DNA of 64,000 nt from Pseudomonadota bacterium (lineage in GTDB: Bacteria; Bdellovibrionota_F; JAHFAK01; JBDREC01): positions 826 to 64,825 of the forward strand of contig JBDREC010000102.1 in assembly GCA_043820105.1 (NCBI GenBank), read 5' to 3'. Both the position numbers and the translations under genes were made by a program. Under the pieces are notes generated by a model. That model saw only the letters and a list, made by a program, of their open reading frames with translations. It searched no databases and had not been told where the DNA came from. Positions 59,104-64,000 of this stretch are shown here, piece by piece. Each line of letters opens with the position of its first letter. Position 1 is the first letter of the stretch.

Positions 59104-60003
59104 TTACCACACATAGCCATTATTAAAGATATAACCTAAAACCTTATAAATCATCTTAGCACAAATGAAATCAGATCCTTTAAGGTTTTCATTTGGAGCC
59201 AGTTCAACCAGATCAAAACCAACTATTTTTTTAGTTCTAGATAATCGCTTAACTAAAGTCATAAAGAGGTTCCAGTCAATTCCACCTGGCTCAGGGGTCC
59301 CAGCGGCAGGGATAATCGCAGGATCAAAACCATCCACATCAATAGTTAAATAAACATATTCGGAAAGCTTTTCTTCAATCTCATCAATAACATCATTTAT
59401 ATATTTATTATTCGCAAGTTGATAAGCAAAGTAAATATCTAAATCATTTTTTTCAATTAGATCTGCTTCTTCTTTTGAAAGGCTTCTAATTCCAAATTGC
59501 ACAATATTTCCAAGTGAATTTAATTCTCTAAGCCTTTTCATAACACAAGCATGAGAATATGGACTTCCTTCATATTCTTCGCGAAGATCAGCGTGAGCAT
59601 CAATCTGCAAGATAGAAAGATTATCAAAATGTTTTGAATATGCTTTTACAGCAGGGAGCGTAATCGAATGTTCTCCGCCAATTGGAATAGTGCATTTCCA
59701 TTTTTCAAGATTTTGGCTTATCGCATTCTCAATTATTTTGAGATTATTTTCATAATCATCCGTGAACTCTTGTTCGTAAAGTTGATAATCAGTTGAAATC
59801 CCTTTTTTGAATGTCTCAAATCTAAGTTCTTCATCATACAGCTCAACAAAACAAGATGCCTCTATTATTTTTTCTGGAGCTTTAGCAGTGCCTTTAATAT
59901 ATGACGTTGTTTTTTCATAGGGAACTGGTAAAATTGTAATAGCTGATTCTTTTGGATTATTATATGGGTCTTCAAGGCCTAGAAAATCGACTCTATTCGT
60001 CAT
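59104..60003 (-). CDS. speB: Agmatinase
   Basis: GGEHSIT, DAHADLR, SHAC, DVDGFDP, GTPEPGG, DLVEL. Confidence 0.95.
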   Translation of the reverse strand: MTNRVDFLGLEDPYNNPKESAITILPVPYEKTTSYIKGTAKAPEKIIEASCFVELYDEELRFETFKKGISTDYQLYEQEFTDDYENNLKIIENAISQNLEKWKCTIPIGGEHSITLPAVKAYSKHFDNLSILQIDAHADLREEYEGSPYSHACVMKRLRELNSLGNIVQFGIRSLSKEEADLIEKNDLDIYFAYQLANNKYINDVIDEIEEKLSEYVYLTIDVDGFDPAIIPAAGTPEPGGIDWNLFMTLVKRLSRTKKIVGFDLVELAPNENLKGSDFICAKMIYKVLGYIFNNGYVW

Positions 60004-60036
60004 GTTACTCCCTGGCTTTAATTTTTTAGTGCTTTT

Positions 60037-60585
60037 TTATTGTATAAACACAACACAAGATAAAACAGTAGTCCATATTCCATTTTTACCTCCAGTTGCA
60101 GACTGAGTAATAGACTTTGTTCTAAATATTTTACCGCCAATTTTCCAAATTTCCTTTTTTTCATCCCAACTTAAATCAGGGTCAAAATCATAACCTAAGA
60201 TTGTTGCAAGCATAGATGCCGCGAGGTCTTCAGCGTAATCACCAGCCACTTGATTTCTTTGGCCAAAAGCATGATGTTCTGAAATGTATCCATGTCTTGT
60301 TGCATCTTTTGGAATAGCCATGCCAACGGAAGCAGCCATTAACCTATGTGATTCATTTGATGCAGCTTCACTCATAACACAAAAAGCTATTTGTCCAGGA
60401 GCCATGTGTTTTAAGCCCTCTTCTTTGTTAATTAGTTTGCAATGTGGTGGAAAAATAGATGAAACTCTAACTAAATTTAGCGGGGCAATATCAGCGTTTC
60501 TTAGAGCCATTTCAAAACTAGTCAACTTATCTTTATGCCTTCCAACACCCTTGGTGGTGAAAGCCTTGGTTGGTACAAAACTCAT
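60037..60585 (-). CDS. pdaD: Pyruvoyl-dependent arginine decarboxylase
   Basis: SFEMALR.A.I..LNLVRVSSIFPP (Ser-Ser autocleavage site), GYISEHH, WTTV. Confidence 0.92.
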   Translation of the reverse strand: MSFVPTKAFTTKGVGRHKDKLTSFEMALRNADIAPLNLVRVSSIFPPHCKLINKEEGLKHMAPGQIAFCVMSEAASNESHRLMAASVGMAIPKDATRHGYISEHHAFGQRNQVAGDYAEDLAASMLATILGYDFDPDLSWDEKKEIWKIGGKIFRTKSITQSATGGKNGIWTTVLSCVVFIQ

Positions 60586-60678
60586 ATTCAGCTTCCTTAT
60601 AAGAGGTTATTTTTATGAGTGAATAACTATATTTTTTAATGTTATTTGTAAAGAATATTAATTGGTTAAATATTCAGA

Positions 60679-62394
60679 TTAATTTTTTTTAATGTCTTTT
60701 ATTTTAAGGCTTATACTCTCGAACCCTCCATAAGTATCAATCCTTGGGCTAAAGGCTATCTTAATAAAATCACCTTTTTCTAAATCAGAATGTTTTCTGA
60801 ACATATTAAAGGCAATGCCGTTAAATCTTTTCTTATTTTTTGTAACTACTATTTTCAAATGATTGTCGCCAACTTCTCTTATATTTTCAACTTGTACTTG
60901 TGAGCTTAAGATTGGTTCAAGATTTGAAGGACCAAAAGGTTCCATTTTTTCGATGTTTATAACCAGTTGATAATCAATTTCTGTTGCATCTACGTCCACA
61001 TCTATCTCTAAGCGCTGAATAAAGTCATCAGCTGTAGTTAAATCTTTTACTGTTCTGTCAAAACTTAAAGAAAAATCTTCGTAAGATTTTTTTAAAAGGC
61101 TAATTCCAGCGGCGTATTTATGACCACCAAATCCTTGTAAGAAATTAGAGTTTAATGAAATTGCCTCTAGTATATGAAAGTTTTTAATACTTCTTCCTGA
61201 ACCTTTACCCTTATCACCATCAAAAGACATTAAAATTGTAGGGACATAATATTTTTCAACAAGCTTACTTGCTACAATACCAAGCACACCTTCATGCCAC
61301 CCTCCATTACCTAAAACTATGGATTTTCTATCTTTTAAATAGGCACTTTTATCTATATAATTTGAAATTTCATTGAATATTTCTTTTTCAATGGCTTGTC
61401 TTTTTCGATTATGTGCATCTAGAATCTTTGCTTTTTCTAAAGAAGCTTCATAATCAGCAGAAAGCAAAATATTGATACTATCTTCAGCTGAAGAAATTCT
61501 ACCAGATGCATTAAGCCTTGGGGCCAGCATAAAAGCTATACTATAATAATCAATTTTTTTTGCACTTAAACCGCTAACTTCTTTTAAAGCATTTACTCCG
61601 GGTCTTTGAGAATTGGTAAGCATTAAAAGACCATTTTTTACAAATATTCTATTCAGATTTGTTATTGGAGCGATGTCAGCAACAGTTCCAAGAGCTACTA
61701 AATCAAGATACTCTTTCATATTTGGTTCAATTTTATTATTAAAATATCCCTTATCTCTTAAGCTTGCCCTAACTCCTGTAGCTAAATAAAATGCAACTCC
61801 AACTCCAGCGATATCTTTATAAGGAAACTCGCAGTCTTTTTGTTTTGGATCTATAATTGCATATGCTTCTGGTAAGGTTTCTGTAACTTCATGATGATCA
61901 GTAATTATTAAATCAATTCCCAGCTCTTTGGCAAGTTTCGCTTCTTTAATTGAAGTGATGCCACAATCTACGGTAATAATTACATCTACATTTTCCTTTT
62001 TTAATTTTCGAAGGCCTGCTTCTTTAAATCCATAGCCCTCATTAAATCTTGATGGCACATAGTATATTACTCTCGTGTCTAATTTTATGAAAAACTCATA
62101 CAACAATACAATAGAAGTAACACCATCAACATCATAGTCTCCGTAAATAGCTATTTTTTCTTTTTTTATAATTGCTTTTGAAATTCGTTCGCTTGCTTTT
62201 TCCAGGCCTTGAAATAGGGCAGGATCAAGCATATAAGATAGTTTTGCTAAAATATATTCTTCAAAATCTGAAGGCTTGAAAATTCCTCTGTTAATTAATA
62301 TCGTTGAAAAGATGTGATTAATGTTAAGTTTGCTTGCAAGATTTTTAATTAAACTTTTGTCATTTTGTTTATAAACCCACTTATATTGGGTCAT
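60679..62394 (-). CDS. recJ: ssDNA exonuclease RecJ
   Basis: YGDYDVDG, TVDCG, TDHH, GTVAD, PRLNA.GR, GGHKYAAG, EPFG. Confidence 0.97.
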   Translation of the reverse strand: MTQYKWVYKQNDKSLIKNLASKLNINHIFSTILINRGIFKPSDFEEYILAKLSYMLDPALFQGLEKASERISKAIIKKEKIAIYGDYDVDGVTSIVLLYEFFIKLDTRVIYYVPSRFNEGYGFKEAGLRKLKKENVDVIITVDCGITSIKEAKLAKELGIDLIITDHHEVTETLPEAYAIIDPKQKDCEFPYKDIAGVGVAFYLATGVRASLRDKGYFNNKIEPNMKEYLDLVALGTVADIAPITNLNRIFVKNGLLMLTNSQRPGVNALKEVSGLSAKKIDYYSIAFMLAPRLNASGRISSAEDSINILLSADYEASLEKAKILDAHNRKRQAIEKEIFNEISNYIDKSAYLKDRKSIVLGNGGWHEGVLGIVASKLVEKYYVPTILMSFDGDKGKGSGRSIKNFHILEAISLNSNFLQGFGGHKYAAGISLLKKSYEDFSLSFDRTVKDLTTADDFIQRLEIDVDVDATEIDYQLVINIEKMEPFGPSNLEPILSSQVQVENIREVGDNHLKIVVTKNKKRFNGIAFNMFRKHSDLEKGDFIKIAFSPRIDTYGGFESISLKIKDIKKN

Positions 62395-63536
62395 TGATTT
62401 TTGGCCTTTTTTCTAATTCCATCAACAAACAAAACGATAGGAGAGGCAATATATATTGAAGAATATGTACCAACTAAAACACCTATGGTTAGTGCTAAAG
62501 CAAAATCTCTAAGAATTCTTCCACCCAGAAACAATAAAGCAACAGTAACTAGTAAAGTTGTAACAGAGGTCAGTATTGTTCTGTTAAGTGTTTGATTAAT
62601 ACTTGTATTAATTGTTTGTGCAAGTTCTTTTCCTTTAAACTTTTTAACATTATCTCTAATTCTATCGTAGACAACGATGGTATCATTTAGAGAATATCCA
62701 ACAATGGCTAAAAGAGCTGCTAATATTTGAAGTGAAAAATCAAGTTGAAATACTGCAAAAATACCCATTGTAATCATAACATCATGAGCAAGAGCAATAA
62801 CAGCACCTGGAGCAAAGGCTATATCAAATCTGAAGGCAATGTATAAAAGAATAAGAAAAAGAGCAACGAGCACTGCATAAACACCTTTTTGTCTGAGTTC
62901 TTTTCCAACTTTTGGTCCAACCATTTCAACTCTTTCTACTTCAACAGAACCTTCCCCAAACTTATTTAATAAGGTATCATGAATTTTTGTTGGTACTCCT
63001 TTGAACTTAACTAAATATTCATTTTTTGTTTCTTTTCCAAATAAAGAAACTTGATCAATTACGTATTCATCTCCTAAATTTGCACCTTTAACAGCATTTT
63101 CAATATCAGCGATAGCTACCTTATCTTTAAAAGTTGCATATCCAGTATCGCCACCTCTAAACTTAAAACTAACAAAATTTTCAAGGTTTGTTTCCATCTT
63201 TTCAGTAATGATGGCTTCTATTTTATCGATTTTCTCAACTGAAGATTCGATTCTAATAAGAAATTCTCCAGAGTCTGCAGTTCCAAATTGTTGAATTGAA
63301 CTTCCTTGTAAGTTTAATTCTTTTAAGGAATCTCGTATTTGAGATACTGATGCATTTTTAGACCTATCAACTTTTATTTGCATTTCAGTTCCACCAGCAA
63401 AATCAATACCAAAATTGAGACCAAAAACAAATAAAGCGATAATGCTAGCTAGTACTAACAAGGTGGAAAAAACAAGAAATATTTTTCTTTTCTGAATTAT
63501 TTTAAATTCTTTTCCTTCTTTTATGAATTGAAACAT
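62391..63536 (-). CDS. secF: Protein translocase subunit SecF
   Basis: GIDFAGG, VGPKVG.EL, HDV, GYSLNDTIVVYDRIR, GTYSSIYIA. Confidence 0.97.
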   Translation of the reverse strand: MFQFIKEGKEFKIIQKRKIFLVFSTLLVLASIIALFVFGLNFGIDFAGGTEMQIKVDRSKNASVSQIRDSLKELNLQGSSIQQFGTADSGEFLIRIESSVEKIDKIEAIITEKMETNLENFVSFKFRGGDTGYATFKDKVAIADIENAVKGANLGDEYVIDQVSLFGKETKNEYLVKFKGVPTKIHDTLLNKFGEGSVEVERVEMVGPKVGKELRQKGVYAVLVALFLILLYIAFRFDIAFAPGAVIALAHDVMITMGIFAVFQLDFSLQILAALLAIVGYSLNDTIVVYDRIRDNVKKFKGKELAQTINTSINQTLNRTILTSVTTLLVTVALLFLGGRILRDFALALTIGVLVGTYSSIYIASPIVLFVDGIRKKAKNQ

Positions 63537-63564
63537 TTATAACCTCTTTATGTATAAATTCTAT

Positions 63565-64000
63565 TTAAATACTTAACTTTTTAAGTGTAAATTTTTGCGA
63601 AGCATAATCAAACACAACTCTTGTAATCCAAAGTGCTGTTATGTATGAGCAAATAATACCAATCATTAAAGTAACTGCAAAGCCTTGAATTGGGCCTGTT
63701 CCGTATTGAAAAAGAACTATTGCAGCTATAAGTGTTGTTAAGTTTGCATCTAGAATTGTTAGTTGTGCTTTTTCATAGCCTGTTGCTATAGCTGCCTTTG
63801 GAGACTTCCCCGCGCGCAGCTCTTCTTTTATTCTTTCAAAAATAATGACATTAGCATCAACTGCCATACCTATTGTTAGCACAATGCCTGCAATACCTGG
63901 CAAAGTAAGAGTTGCCTGGAAGGCTGTTAAAATTGCTAAAATAAAGAGTACGTTTAATAAAAGAGCAAAGTTTGCAATGACTCCAGAGCCTCTATAGTAA
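63565..64000 (-). CDS. secD: Protein translocase subunit SecD (3' part; gene continues beyond the window)
   Basis: [47 protein letters not shown]. Confidence 0.96.
   Translation of the reverse strand, partial: YYRGSGVIANFALLLNVLFILAILTAFQATLTLPGIAGIVLTIGMAVDANVIIFERIKEELRAGKSPKAAIATGYEKAQLTILDANLTTLIAAIVLFQYGTGPIQGFAVTLMIGIICSYITALWITRVVFDYASQKFTLKKLSI

Noticed and set aside
1-64000. tRNA, rRNA, transposase, integrase or prophage genes
   Set aside because: None recognised in the ORFs or intergenic regions

Overview
An AT-rich bacterial chromosome segment. Gene content (NtrC-type activator, PilT, RpoH, parA-parB-bactofilin, many secreted orphans) suggests a deltaproteobacterial or Bdellovibrionota-like organism; this lineage call is inference. 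A perfect parS site inside parA suggests the region is near the replication origin. Housekeeping blocks (rpmB, ihfB, rpoH, tatB/C, rimO, pilT, ettA, parAB, rsmA, hldE, nadD, speB/pdaD, recJ, secDF) flank accessory stretches. The strongest candidate for an undescribed system is a compact RiPP-like cluster at 5.2-13.4 kb. It has a 42-46 aa precursor with a YxxPxL leader motif and a FGPAFACSPSPEA tail, an RRE/PqqD-fused radical SAM/SPASM enzyme, an HPr-kinase-like protein and a lipoprotein C25 (gingipain-family) protease. A peptidase-less ABC exporter and an M14 carboxypeptidase lie divergently. Other highlights are a 2855-aa signal-peptide protein carrying JAB-like, HExxxH and ABC1/UbiB kinase motifs, sigma54 (-24/-12) promoters before secreted orphan genes, and a candidate ~70-nt sigma54 sRNA. 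Also present are a frameshifted RelE-like toxin with a palindromic operator, a calpain-like remnant, a D-amino-acid operon and non-triplet microsatellites at gene junctions. All calls come from reading motifs by eye; no database searches were run.
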